DNA of 62,295 nucleotides. Source: Bacillota bacterium (lineage in GTDB: Bacteria > Bacillota > UBA5301). Each line of letters begins with the position of its first letter. Within the stretch, counting starts at the first letter, position 1. Shown piece after piece: positions 44,938-54,652 of this stretch. The stretch is from positions 1 to 62,295 of the forward strand of contig JAAYHC010000050.1 in NCBI GenBank assembly GCA_012735535.1, given 5' to 3'. The notes below the pieces were generated by a model. It was given only the letters and a program-made list of their open reading frames with translations. It did not search any database and had not been told where the DNA came from. Made by a program: the position numbers and the translations under genes.

Positions 44938-47769
44938 CTAACCGGTCAATTCGGGACTGGCAGCACCGGCAAAGCAGGCATCCCAGCTCTCGACCAGCTT
45001 GCCATCGGCCAGCCACCAGAGTTGGCAATCGTCACACTGCTCAGCCAAGGCTAAAGCAACTTCGGGATGGCAAGTAAAAAACAGCACCTGGCAATTTTCG
45101 GCGACCTGCCCGAGCAATTTAACCACTTGCTTAAACCGCGTTTGGTCCAGATTGACCAGAACATCGTCGAAAAGCAACGGTAATGACTCTCCATCTTGGA
45201 CAACTTTCCGGGCTAAAGCTAACCTCAGGCAAAGGTAAAGCACTTCGGCCGTACCCCGGCTGAGCGTGGCAGCTGCATCCAACCGCTGCAAGTCGGCGGT
45301 TTGCACCAGTACGCCTTCCTTGTCGACCGGCGTATACACCCGAGTATAGCGCTCCTGGGTCGCCAGGGCAAAGTATTGGGAGGCGAGCGTAAACACTTCC
45401 GGTTGACGTTCCTCCTCATAGCGCTGCTTCGCTTTGGTGAGGGCAAATTGCAAAACCGTCCACTTTAACCAGTCCACGGCGGCGCGCTCCAGTTCTTCCT
45501 GTTTCAGCGCTTCCTTGGTACGAAGCAAGGCGAGCTCCTGCTCGGCCTCTAATTGCCGAATCTCCAGGCCAACCGAACCACGCTCCGACTTCAACCGATC
45601 CAGTTCCGCCTCCAACTCCTGGATCAGCCGGGTTAACTGCGCTATCTCCGCCTGTAGTACATGATCTTGATAAGAGGCCAGTTCGGATTGGAGCTCCGCC
45701 CATTGATCGCCGGATATGCCACAGGCAATCCGCAACCGCTCCTTCAGGGTCGCGTACTCCTCAAGCCGAGCCAGCTCTTGCAGGGCTTCCGCCAGCCGCC
45801 TAGTAAGCGCCGAGACTGCTTTGGCGACCAGGGCCGGTTCGCGCACCGAGGGTAAGCCCAAACCTTCGTGAATCTGGTTAAGGCCGACCAGATAGCTTGT
45901 AATTCGTTGCTGGATCTGGCTTTGCCGCTCTTGTTCGGTTAAGTACTGCCGCTGGTAATCCTGTAACTGACGCAGGGAAGCCAAAAAACTCATAAACCCA
46001 TCCATGGCGAGCTCCGCCGATAAGCCGTAGGGCATTAAGAAGCGTTGCCAGCTGTCCAGAGCGCCCTTGAGCTGCACATCGGCCTTGGCCAGAGCTTGCT
46101 CCGCTAATTGCAGTTCTTGCTCCGCTTCAGTTAGGCGTTCTCTTGCCTGGCCCAGTTGACGCAGGATTTTCCGACCTTCCGCCTGGCGGTCGGAAGCTCG
46201 CTTCAGCTCCGCAAGCTCGGTTGTAGAGAGCATCTCTTTGCCGGCAACTAGTTGGGATAATTCGCGTAAGCGACTCTCTACTGTCTCCCGTTGCTCGGAG
46301 AGAGAACGAGATTTGGCCAAGCAGGCCTGCACCTCCAGTCGGCTCCGCTGCCGACGCCCGAAGGTTACGGCCAGACCAACTAAGGCCATCACTATGATGG
46401 CCGAGCCAATCAGCATATCTACCCAAAGCAGACCGGCCCCAAGCAAGCCGCCGATCAACCAAGGATACAGATTGCCCAGCAAGCGCTGCATCAGCCGCAG
46501 CTGGGCTTCATTCGCCTCTAAGTGCAATGCGAGCGTGTCGAGTTCTTGCTGCAGGCGGCTGATCTCCTCGAGGGCTGCTTCGTCAACCTCCGGAATCTTC
46601 TCGTCCGCGCTGCCAACCAAGTGCTCGAGCTCTACCTGGAGCTGGCGGACCTGATTTTCCCGTTCGCGCAGCACTCGCACACACTGGGCTACCGCATTCT
46701 CCCGGCTCATTTTGAGGGTTTCCGCCTCTTGTACTTGGCGCGCGATCGCCGCAGCTTGCATTTCTAGCGTTCTCCCCGTCGGGAGCGTCAACAATTCGGC
46801 CGGTGTACGGTCACTGCCAAGCTCAGCCTGGAGATCCGCGATCCGCTCGGACATGGTCCGCAAAGTAAGAACGCTTTCCTCCAGTGCCGCGAGATTTTGT
46901 AAAAACAGATCGAGGCCGCGCTCTAGACCGGTTATTTGGTCGCGCAAATCCACCAGCTGCTGCAGTTCTTGCTGCCGCGGTCGGTCCGGCAGGTTGGCCT
47001 CGAGTTGCTGCAAGTACTCCCAGTCCGGCCAGATCTCGAGCAGCTTGGCCAAACGCGCCTGTTCACTGCGTTTCGTTCGCAGCAATGCTTCCTTGGCGGT
47101 AATCTCAGCGATGATCTCGCTTTCACGAGCCAGCAGCTCCTGATAATGCTGCGGGCGTTCTTGGAGTTTAGCGATAGCTTGTTGGAGACTATCCAGCTCA
47201 GATACTAACTCTGAAATCTTGCCTTTGCCACGCGTTTTAAATAATTGGCCGCGGGCTGTTTCGCATTCTTTCAAAATATGGACAACCGAGCGACCGCGTC
47301 CGGAAAAGCCGGCCTTGTACAACCAAGCCTCCATTTCGGTACCCTGTAAAGAGTCAAAAGCCTTGAGTTCATCTAAACCAATTGCAAAATAGTTGGTATA
47401 GGACTTTTTGGACAGATGCCGCATCAGCGCAGCTAGCACTTTTTCATCGACTTGCCGGCCGGAGCTGTTTAGCACAATCGGCGGGGCGGTATTTTTCTTA
47501 GTCGTGTGCCGACTGACCACATACTCCGCACCATCGTCACTAACGATCAGCAACCGACCACCGTGCTCGCCGCCTCGCAGCGGGCGCCGAAAATCACGCG
47601 CAGACGATTGGGAGTCAAAGCCTAGCAGAATGCAGGTTATAAAGTCCCGCAGAGTCGTCTTGCCTGATTCATTGGGACCGCAGAAAATATTTAGCCCAGG
47701 GGCAAGCGGGGCAAGGGAAAAGTCGCTGAAAATCCCATACCCATCAATCTCGATCTGTTTAATCCACAC
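44938..47769 (-). CDS. yhaN: YhaN/SbcE-like SMC-type ATPase
   Basis: GPNESGKTT, long coiled coil, LSRGTAE.LYL.LRLA, LLFDDVLVNLD, FTCH. Confidence 0.88.
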   Translation of the reverse strand: MWIKQIEIDGYGIFSDFSLAPLAPGLNIFCGPNESGKTTLRDFITCILLGFDSQSSARDFRRPLRGGEHGGRLLIVSDDGAEYVVSRHTTKKNTAPPIVLNSSGRQVDEKVLAALMRHLSKKSYTNYFAIGLDELKAFDSLQGTEMEAWLYKAGFSGRGRSVVHILKECETARGQLFKTRGKGKISELVSELDSLQQAIAKLQERPQHYQELLARESEIIAEITAKEALLRTKRSEQARLAKLLEIWPDWEYLQQLEANLPDRPRQQELQQLVDLRDQITGLERGLDLFLQNLAALEESVLTLRTMSERIADLQAELGSDRTPAELLTLPTGRTLEMQAAAIARQVQEAETLKMSRENAVAQCVRVLRERENQVRQLQVELEHLVGSADEKIPEVDEAALEEISRLQQELDTLALHLEANEAQLRLMQRLLGNLYPWLIGGLLGAGLLWVDMLIGSAIIVMALVGLAVTFGRRQRSRLEVQACLAKSRSLSEQRETVESRLRELSQLVAGKEMLSTTELAELKRASDRQAEGRKILRQLGQARERLTEAEQELQLAEQALAKADVQLKGALDSWQRFLMPYGLSAELAMDGFMSFLASLRQLQDYQRQYLTEQERQSQIQQRITSYLVGLNQIHEGLGLPSVREPALVAKAVSALTRRLAEALQELARLEEYATLKERLRIACGISGDQWAELQSELASYQDHVLQAEIAQLTRLIQELEAELDRLKSERGSVGLEIRQLEAEQELALLRTKEALKQEELERAAVDWLKWTVLQFALTKAKQRYEEERQPEVFTLASQYFALATQERYTRVYTPVDKEGVLVQTADLQRLDAAATLSRGTAEVLYLCLRLALARKVVQDGESLPLLFDDVLVNLDQTRFKQVVKLLGQVAENCQVLFFTCHPEVALALAEQCDDCQLWWLADGKLVESWDACFAGAASPELTG

Positions 47770-47770
47770 T

Positions 47771-49036
47771 CTACTCTTCCCCCCGCGTCAATAAGTCCAG
47801 GCCAAGTTCCTCAGCCGCCAACGCAGCTTGCAATAGCAGTTCCGGGCTGCATTTGCCCAGATAGCGTCGGTTTTTCCCGAACAACGGTGAGATCTCCGCG
47901 AGAAGTTCTTGGACCAAAGGCGAGTTGCCGCCCGCTTTAAGGTCGGCCACAAGGGCATCGATGATCTCCAGAAAATCCGCCGCCAAGGTGCCGCTTTCCC
48001 GCTCAACATCTTTCGCCACCGGCGGTCCGGTCTGCACCTTGACCCGATCAAACCAGACCCCACGCCACCCAGGATAGGTGCGGGCTCGCAAAGCATCGGT
48101 CAACTCCTCGACGGCCCCGGGGCGATAGAGCTCGTGATGTACCGGCCCCCTCCCGGATAAACAGAGCCGGACAATCAAATAGTCGGCTTGCTGGGGATAG
48201 TCGGCAAGTTCATCATCGACCGCCGTAAATAGCTCATCCAGATCCGACCACGGGGAAATATCCAGCCCCAATTCGGCCCAGAGGACTTCAGCCGTGGAGA
48301 TAAAGCTCGGCCGGACTCCGCTCCGGTCAACCTGTACATAATAGCAACCTTTAGGACCGGTCTCCCGCGCCGAGCGTCCCTGACTGGTACCGGGATAAAT
48401 CACCGTCGGATGGCCGGCATGAACAATGGCGGCCTGATGCACATGGCCAAGCGCCCAATAGTCAAAACCGGAGTGTAATAGATCTGTCAAGGTGCATGGA
48501 GCATAGTTGGCATAACCGGCGACGTTACCGAGGTTGGTGTGCAAAACGCCGATTCTAAACGGGGCCTCCCCGCTGCGCGGGAAGAGAGGGAGGAAACTCT
48601 GATCGGGATTTTGGTTCGGATAGCTCACACCGGAGATTTCGACGATTAATTGGCCATCTTTGATTACCGGATAGGTCGCAACTTGTCCGGGGGGAAAGAA
48701 GTGGACACGCTCAGGCCAACGCAGTTGATCACCGCTGACTTTATAATCATGATTGCCAGTCGCAATGTAGGTCGCAATACTGGCCTCGGCTAATTGGGCG
48801 AGCCCGTCGCGGACACAAACTTGCGCCCGGAGGTTCTGCTCAGCACTGTCGTAGATATCTCCGGCGAGAATCAAGAAATCAACCTGACGGTCGAGACATA
48901 ACCGAATAATGCGCTCAAAGGCTTGAAAAGAAGCCTTGGCCAAGCGTTGCGCCCAGTCCGGGCTACACTCGGCCAGTCCGGTAAACGGGCTGCCCAAATG
49001 AAGATCGGCAGCGTGCACGAAGGAAAATGATTTCAC
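47771..49036 (-). CDS. yhaO: YhaO/SbcF-like Mre11-type metallophosphoesterase
   Basis: FVHAADLHLG, AGDIYD, TGNHD, LHTN, YWALGHVH, YPGTSQGRS.RETG.KG. Confidence 0.9.
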   Translation of the reverse strand: MKSFSFVHAADLHLGSPFTGLAECSPDWAQRLAKASFQAFERIIRLCLDRQVDFLILAGDIYDSAEQNLRAQVCVRDGLAQLAEASIATYIATGNHDYKVSGDQLRWPERVHFFPPGQVATYPVIKDGQLIVEISGVSYPNQNPDQSFLPLFPRSGEAPFRIGVLHTNLGNVAGYANYAPCTLTDLLHSGFDYWALGHVHQAAIVHAGHPTVIYPGTSQGRSARETGPKGCYYVQVDRSGVRPSFISTAEVLWAELGLDISPWSDLDELFTAVDDELADYPQQADYLIVRLCLSGRGPVHHELYRPGAVEELTDALRARTYPGWRGVWFDRVKVQTGPPVAKDVERESGTLAADFLEIIDALVADLKAGGNSPLVQELLAEISPLFGKNRRYLGKCSPELLLQAALAAEELGLDLLTRGEE

Positions 49037-49085
49037 TATTGGAACCACCCCGGAGTAGAACTTCTACAGATCCCGGGGCAATCCT

Positions 49086-50528
49086 TTACCCTTCCGCGAG
49101 CGCCAGGGTTTGGGCCAGGTCCCGGATTATTTGGTCGGTCGGAATACCGCCCGCGGCTTCAACAAGGCTCTGATACTCCGGGTGCAATCCACAGAGGATG
49201 ATTCGGGCTGCCGGGGTTTGCCCCGTAGATTGCTGGAGCTTACTCAGCGCAATTACCCCGGTCTGGTCCAACATCGTCAGTCCGCTCAAATCGAGTATGA
49301 CAATCCCGCCCGGCTTAACCTGGCGTAGCGCTTTATTGAGGCTCACAACAGTGCCGAAATGCAGGGCCCCCTGCAAACTAAAGATCTGAATATTGCCGTT
49401 ACCGTTTGCGTTCAAGGGTAAGATCCGCAAAGTCTTACTATGATAGCATTGGATCAACGCGGCGAGAACTATCCCGGCTCCGACGGCTACAACCAGGTTG
49501 GTGCAGACCGTTAAGACCATCGTAGCCAATAAGATCACCGCATCATGGGTGGAGGATTTACGGAGAATCGTCACGGTTTGAAAATCGAACATATCATAGC
49601 TGGTAACAACGAGGATACCCGATAAGGCCGCCAAAGGAATGAACGCCGTCCACGGTCCCAAGAACAGCAGCACCGCCAAGAGAAACAGGCTATGTACAAC
49701 GTGGACCAGGCGGGTGCTGCCACCGTTTTGGATATTGACCGCAGTTCGGGCAATGGCTCCGGTAGAGGGTACACCACCAACGAGGGCGGCCGCGATATTA
49801 CCCAAACCCTGCCCCACCAATTCGCGGTTGCTGTTATGTACCGTCCCGGTCATGCTATCCGCCACAGCAGCCGAAAGAAGCGATTCGATCGTCCCCAACA
49901 AGGCGATGGCCAGAGCCGGCTCGAACAATGGGACCAGATCGGCAAGTGCCAGATTGGGCCAGCCAAATTTGGGCAGTGCCGGTTCAATGGCCTGAACGGT
50001 GGGTCCGTTCCAGCCGAAGAGCAGGTTCGCACCGATACCCACCGCCAGACCGAATAGCGAGGCCGGAATAGTTTTGTTTACTCTCCGCACCAGCAAGATG
50101 GTTGCGGCCACCAAAACTGTCAAGAATGGCGCCGTAGTGATGTATTTGAGTTGGCCCAGTACAATCACGATGGCAATACCATTGGTGAATCCCGTGATCA
50201 CCGGGTTGGGGATGAGCTTAACCAGTTTGCCCAGTCCGAGCAGGCCCATGAGGATCTGGAGCACACCTGCCAACAAACCGGCTGCCAGCATACCGGAGAT
50301 GCCATATTTGGCAACCACGCCCACCAGAATAACGCTCATTGCACCGGTGGGGCCGCTGATCTGATATTTTGACCCGCCGCATAAGCCGCTCACCAAGCCG
50401 GCTACTATTGCCGTATACAGACCGGCTGCCGCCGTCGCTCCACCGGCGATTCCAAAGGCCAGTGCTAATGGTAAAGCAACTAAGCCGACTGTCAAGCCTG
50501 CAGATATTTCACGTACCAACTTCACCAC
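49086..50528 (-). CDS. sulP: SulP/SLC26 inorganic anion transporter with STAS domain (BicA/DauA-like)
   Basis: VALPLALAFGIA, QISGPTGAM, ESLLSA.VAD, NRELVGQG.GN, TGAIARTAVN, FSLQGALHFG. Confidence 0.92.
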   Translation of the reverse strand: MVKLVREISAGLTVGLVALPLALAFGIAGGATAAAGLYTAIVAGLVSGLCGGSKYQISGPTGAMSVILVGVVAKYGISGMLAAGLLAGVLQILMGLLGLGKLVKLIPNPVITGFTNGIAIVIVLGQLKYITTAPFLTVLVAATILLVRRVNKTIPASLFGLAVGIGANLLFGWNGPTVQAIEPALPKFGWPNLALADLVPLFEPALAIALLGTIESLLSAAVADSMTGTVHNSNRELVGQGLGNIAAALVGGVPSTGAIARTAVNIQNGGSTRLVHVVHSLFLLAVLLFLGPWTAFIPLAALSGILVVTSYDMFDFQTVTILRKSSTHDAVILLATMVLTVCTNLVVAVGAGIVLAALIQCYHSKTLRILPLNANGNGNIQIFSLQGALHFGTVVSLNKALRQVKPGGIVILDLSGLTMLDQTGVIALSKLQQSTGQTPAARIILCGLHPEYQSLVEAAGGIPTDQIIRDLAQTLALAEG

Positions 50529-50543
50529 TGCTCACTCCCCGAC

Positions 50544-50589
50544 AAAATAAAAAGCGAGCCCTGATTGCTGATAGCAATCGCTCGCTTTT
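50544..50589 (-). terminator. riboswitch expression-platform terminator
   Basis: AAAAGCGAGC...GCTCGCTTTTTATTTT directly after the aptamer and before the sulP SD. Confidence 0.82.
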
Positions 50590-50591
50590 CT

Positions 50592-50716
50592 CCGGCTTCC
50601 GAGGTTAGCTGACGGGCTCGGGTTAAAAAGCCACCCTACCTGGCCGGGCCAGGATTCACCCCACTGGAAGATGGTTCCCCCGGGCTATTGGTTATGACCT
50701 AATAGCTTCAGCATCG
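50592..50716 (-). ncRNA. cyclic di-AMP (ydaO/yuaA) riboswitch
   Basis: Conserved blocks in order: GCTGAA, GGGGGAACC, GGGGTGAATC, GTAGGG, CCCGAGCCCGTCAGCTAACCTCGGAAGC. Confidence 0.93.
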
Positions 50717-50744
50717 AGCTACAACCAAAATGTTGTGCAGATAC

Positions 50745-50773
50745 ATTATATGCCATCATTAGCTGGTGGTCAA
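50745..50773 (-). promoter_or_regulatory. sigma-A promoter of the riboswitch-sulP transcript
   Basis: TTGACC-N17-TATAAT. Confidence 0.85.
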
Positions 50774-50877
50774 GGTACCCCCTGCCAGGGCGAGCAGAAA
50801 TTGCAATTACCCTAGTGACAACTGCGAACAAATATGCTAACATCTGGATAAACATATTCTTGTAACCACACTAATAC

Positions 50878-51150
50878 CATAAACACGATGAGTGGGAAAA
50901 GTAGGCCTTGCCTAACCGTACAGAGAGTCCGCACCAGGTGAGAGGCGGATCGGAGCAGCAGGCGCGAAGTTCTCCCAGGAGTGCCCTGGCTGAAAGTCGG
51001 AGTAGGCCTTGGCGGAGACCTCCACCGTAACAAGGAGGCGGGTATAAGGAGTCATCCCGTACCCGAAAAGAGTGGGCTTGTACAGCCAATTAGGGTGGTA
51101 CCGCGGCAGGATTACCTCTCGTCCCTACAGGATGAGAGGTTATTTTATTT
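50878..51150 (+). ncRNA. T-box riboswitch, Phe (UUC) specifier
   Basis: AGAGAG and GGTGAGAG stem-I motifs, GAAG-TTC specifier at 50970, T-box AATTAGGGTGGTACCGCGG, terminator ACCTCTCGTCC..GGATGAGAGGT plus T-rich tail. Confidence 0.9.
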
Positions 51151-51164
51151 TTGGAGGTGCGGCT

Positions 51165-52196
51165 ATGTTACTACATCTGCATCCGCAAAGTACCGAAGAA
51201 GACATCAGAGAGACGCTGAGTTGGCTAGCCGCTCACAACAATGAGCCGGTCTACCTACCCGGTGCGGGCTCCGGGCGCATTGTCTTGTTGGCACCGAACC
51301 CGGATTGCCGAGAACAGTTCGGGCTCCTACCCGGTGTGTGCAAAGCAACGCCTTTATTTTCCCCGTACAAGCTGGCCGGACGAGAGAGCTGCCCGGATGA
51401 CACGATCATCACCGTTGGTCGGATTCAGATCGGCGGGGGCGAACCGGTCGTAATGGCCGGCCCTTGTGCCGTTGAAAGCCGTGAACAGACTAGGTTGGCG
51501 GCGCAAATGGCCAAAGAAGCCGGGGCGCAGATCCTGCGCGGGGGCGCCTACAAACCCAGGACCAGCCCCTACACCTTCCAGGGGCTTGGCCGGGCCGGAC
51601 TCGAAATCCTGGCCGAAGTCGGTCGCGAGCTGGGGCTACCAACGATCACCGAGGTTATTACCCCGGAAGACGTCCCCGAAGTCGCCCAGTACGTCGATGT
51701 GCTGCAAATCGGAGCGAGAAATATGCAGAATTTCGCCCTCCTCTCGGCCGCCGGAGAATCAGGCAAACCGGTCATGTTGAAGCGAGGCTTGGCCGCGACC
51801 ATCGAAGAGTGGCTCTTGGCGGCGGAGTACATCTTGCGCACCGGTAATCGCCAAGTTATTCTCTGCGAGCGCGGCATTAGAACCTTTGAACCCGCAACCC
51901 GCAATACCCTTGATCTATCGGCGGTAGCCTTAGCCAGAGCTTTGACACACTTGCCGGTTGTCGTTGATCCGAGCCATGGCACCGGCAGGCCGGAATTAAT
52001 TATCCCGATGGCCAGAGCGGCCATCGCCGCCGGAGCCCACGGGGTGATGGTTGAAATCCACCCTGACCCGTGCAGCGCTAAATGTGACGGTTCGCAAGCG
52101 TTAAATTTGGCAGAACTAAAAACACTGGTTTACGAAGTTAACGCTACCGGCAAACTGATGGCTTCACTCGCCACGGAAAGGATGGAGAAACGATGA
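51165..52196 (+). CDS. aroF: DAHP synthase type I-beta with N-terminal regulatory domain
   Basis: MAGPCAVES, RGGAYKPRTSPY.FQG, QIGARNMQNF, CERGIRTFE, DPSHGTG; ATG 51165 follows SD GGAGG. Confidence 0.95.
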   Translation: MLLHLHPQSTEEDIRETLSWLAAHNNEPVYLPGAGSGRIVLLAPNPDCREQFGLLPGVCKATPLFSPYKLAGRESCPDDTIITVGRIQIGGGEPVVMAGPCAVESREQTRLAAQMAKEAGAQILRGGAYKPRTSPYTFQGLGRAGLEILAEVGRELGLPTITEVITPEDVPEVAQYVDVLQIGARNMQNFALLSAAGESGKPVMLKRGLAATIEEWLLAAEYILRTGNRQVILCERGIRTFEPATRNTLDLSAVALARALTHLPVVVDPSHGTGRPELIIPMARAAIAAGAHGVMVEIHPDPCSAKCDGSQALNLAELKTLVYEVNATGKLMASLATERMEKR

Positions 52197-53032
52197 AAAT
52201 TGGTTACCTTGGGCCGGAAGGCAGCCAAACGCAACTTGCTGCGGAAAAGTTCAGCAGCAAGCTTCCCTCGGCAGCCGAACTCACGCCGCTACCCGGCCTA
52301 GCTCAGGTCATGGCGGCAATAGCCCACAATGAGCTGGATTACGCGGTCTTGCCGGCAGAAAACTCAATTGAAGGCTCGATTAATGCCACCTGGGACTGGC
52401 TGGTATTCCGCACCGATTTGCCGGTAGTAGGGGAGTTGACCCTGCCGGTACGGCACTTCTTAGTCGGTCACCGGGCTCAGAAAATATCGGCCATTCGGAC
52501 GGTCCTCTCCCATCCGCAAGCCCTAGCTCAGTGCCGCGAATACCTCCGGACCATGCTGCCGCAAGCAATTGAATATGAAACGGTCAGCACCGCTGAGGCC
52601 GCCCGGGTCGTGTCGGTTAATCGCCTGCCAATTGCCGCAATCGCCGGTGAGCAAGCTGCCGCCCGCTATGGGCTCGATATCTTGGCAGCCGATATCCAGG
52701 ATATTAAAGAAAACACAACGCGTTTTGTAATTGTTGGGCGGAAGCCTTTAGAACTTGCCCTGTCCAGGCTGAACTACAAAACATCATTAGCCTGTATGGT
52801 CGAACGCGACCAGCCAGGCAGTCTACACGACATTCTCGAGATCTTTGCGGCCAAACAAATTAACCTCACCCGGATTGAATCCCGGCCGGCCCGCAAGAAC
52901 CTCGGCGACTATATTTTCCTCATCGACACGGAAAAGGGGCTAGATAGTCCGGCGATCATCGCAGCGCTTCATGAATTGCACGAGCGGAATAATCTTCTTA
53001 AAGTACTCGGCAGCTACCCGGTCTTAGATTAA
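52193..53032 (+). CDS. pheA: prephenate dehydratase with ACT domain
   Basis: YLGPEGS, PAENSIEGSI, SHPQALAQC, NTTRF, PGSL..INLTRIESRP. Confidence 0.95.
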   Translation: MKIGYLGPEGSQTQLAAEKFSSKLPSAAELTPLPGLAQVMAAIAHNELDYAVLPAENSIEGSINATWDWLVFRTDLPVVGELTLPVRHFLVGHRAQKISAIRTVLSHPQALAQCREYLRTMLPQAIEYETVSTAEAARVVSVNRLPIAAIAGEQAAARYGLDILAADIQDIKENTTRFVIVGRKPLELALSRLNYKTSLACMVERDQPGSLHDILEIFAAKQINLTRIESRPARKNLGDYIFLIDTEKGLDSPAIIAALHELHERNNLLKVLGSYPVLD

Positions 53033-53704
53033 TCAGATGAGCTCCATCCGGCGCATGAGATCCAGATCATCAAGTAAAGCGAGGCCGCCCTCGACCACCA
53101 AACGACCGGCTTGCAAGATGAGTACCCGGTCACAGACCTGCCGGACCAGATCGAGGTCGTGTGTGGCAATGAGGGCAGCTTGTCTGGTGTTCTGAATAAT
53201 CTTGATGAATTCCCGGCGCCGTTTGGGATCTAAGTTGCTGGTGGGCTCATCCAACAGCAACAACTCCGGCTGCATGGCCAGTACGGTAGCCAAGGCAACC
53301 CGCTTTTTTTCGCCAAAACTGAGATGGTGCGTCAACCGTTCTTCGTAGCCGGCCGCATCGACCAGCTGTAAAGCTTGTTTAACCCGCGACCGCACATCAT
53401 CCGTCGTCAGACCGAGGTTTTGCGGCCCAAAGGCCACATCATCGTACACCGTAGTCATGAAGAGCTGGTCATTAGGGTCTTGAAAGACCAGACCAAGCGT
53501 ACGCCGCCGATCACCATCCACGCTGATCCGACCTTCGGGTTTCAAGACCCCGGCCAAGCATAACAAGAGGGTGGACTTGCCGGCACCGTTCAGCCCCAAG
53601 AGCCCGATTCGCTCACCGCGCCGGATCACAAAGGAGACCTCACTCAGAGCTTGCCGCCCATCCGGATAACGGTAACTTAATTTATCTACGACCACAAGCG
53701 CCAT
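53033..53704 (-). CDS. ECF transporter ATPase (CbiO/NikO)
   Basis: GLNGAGKST, FQDPNDQLF, LSFGEKKR, LDEPTSNLD. Confidence 0.92.
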   Translation of the reverse strand: MALVVVDKLSYRYPDGRQALSEVSFVIRRGERIGLLGLNGAGKSTLLLCLAGVLKPEGRISVDGDRRRTLGLVFQDPNDQLFMTTVYDDVAFGPQNLGLTTDDVRSRVKQALQLVDAAGYEERLTHHLSFGEKKRVALATVLAMQPELLLLDEPTSNLDPKRRREFIKIIQNTRQAALIATHDLDLVRQVCDRVLILQAGRLVVEGGLALLDDLDLMRRMELI

Positions 53705-54363
53705 AAATGCTCAGTCCCAACCACGAATACTAATACGCCAAGTGCAGAGAAAACGGCAATTTTATCAACCAGACCGTAAGTTACCGTCTCCGGCTTAGCC
53801 TCTGCCGAATAGCCGCGCAAAATCATCGCCTGATAAATCCGCTCTCCACGCTCATAGGTGCGCAAAAACAGGCTGCCGATCATATTACCAAGCACTCTGA
53901 GTTGTCGCAAATAGCCTCCGCCGAAATACCGCTGGTTCCGGGCGATCTCCATACGTTTGGCCTCGCCAAGCAGCAAATCCAGATAACGATACATAAATGA
54001 TAGCATCATCACCAACATGCTCGGCAGGCCCAAACGGTGCAAACCTTTAAGTAAGGACGGAAAATCGGTGCCCACCCCCAACACCGCCAAAGCAGCAGCA
54101 GATAAGAGGGCTTTTTGGACCAGCAAAAACAGCCGCTCGGGTGAGGCCGCCGACCAGGCTGCGAAAACCAGGACTACCAGAAGAAAGGGCAATACAAGCA
54201 GGGTCCGTTTGCAAACCCGCAGGAGAGGAGCCTGAAACAACCTGATCAATCCGGCCAGATACAAAAGATACAGCGCACCGCGCCACCACGGCAGCGCCGG
54301 ATCCAGTGCCACCGCCAAGATCAAGCAGAAGATTGCAATAACTCTGCTTTCTGGGCGTACCAA
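53686..54363 (-). CDS. ECF transporter T component (CbiQ/NikQ)
   Basis: FMYRYL..L..EA.RM..ARNQR, LFLRTYERGERIYQAM.LRGY. Confidence 0.9.
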   Translation of the reverse strand: MVRPESRVIAIFCLILAVALDPALPWWRGALYLLYLAGLIRLFQAPLLRVCKRTLLVLPFLLVVLVFAAWSAASPERLFLLVQKALLSAAALAVLGVGTDFPSLLKGLHRLGLPSMLVMMLSFMYRYLDLLLGEAKRMEIARNQRYFGGGYLRQLRVLGNMIGSLFLRTYERGERIYQAMILRGYSAEAKPETVTYGLVDKIAVFSALGVLVFVVGTEHLWRLWS

Positions 54364-54364
54364 T

Positions 54365-54652
54365 TTAACCCCTTCTCTCTCCGACCACTTTCGCTAAACC
54401 TAACGCGATCCCGAAAACCAGTATCGTCCCGATTATCCCCGCCAAACTGGTAGCTAATCCTTCACTGCTGATGCCGGGAACCAAATAATCAGGTATGGGG
54501 GAAGCAAGCGCCGGAATCTCGCTGGCGAGCTCGTCAAAACCGAGATCCTCGGCAACCCTTTCCAGCCCATCAGGCCAAGGCGAAGCAAACGGCGAAAGCA
54601 CGGCGGCCACAGCCAAAGAGATGGCCAAACCTACCCAGACCCATTTATTCAT
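54365..54652 (-). CDS. PDGLE-domain accessory subunit (NikN-like)
   Basis: SPFASPWPDGLERVA, SPIPDY. Confidence 0.9.
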   Translation of the reverse strand: MNKWVWVGLAISLAVAAVLSPFASPWPDGLERVAEDLGFDELASEIPALASPIPDYLVPGISSEGLATSLAGIIGTILVFGIALGLAKVVGERRG

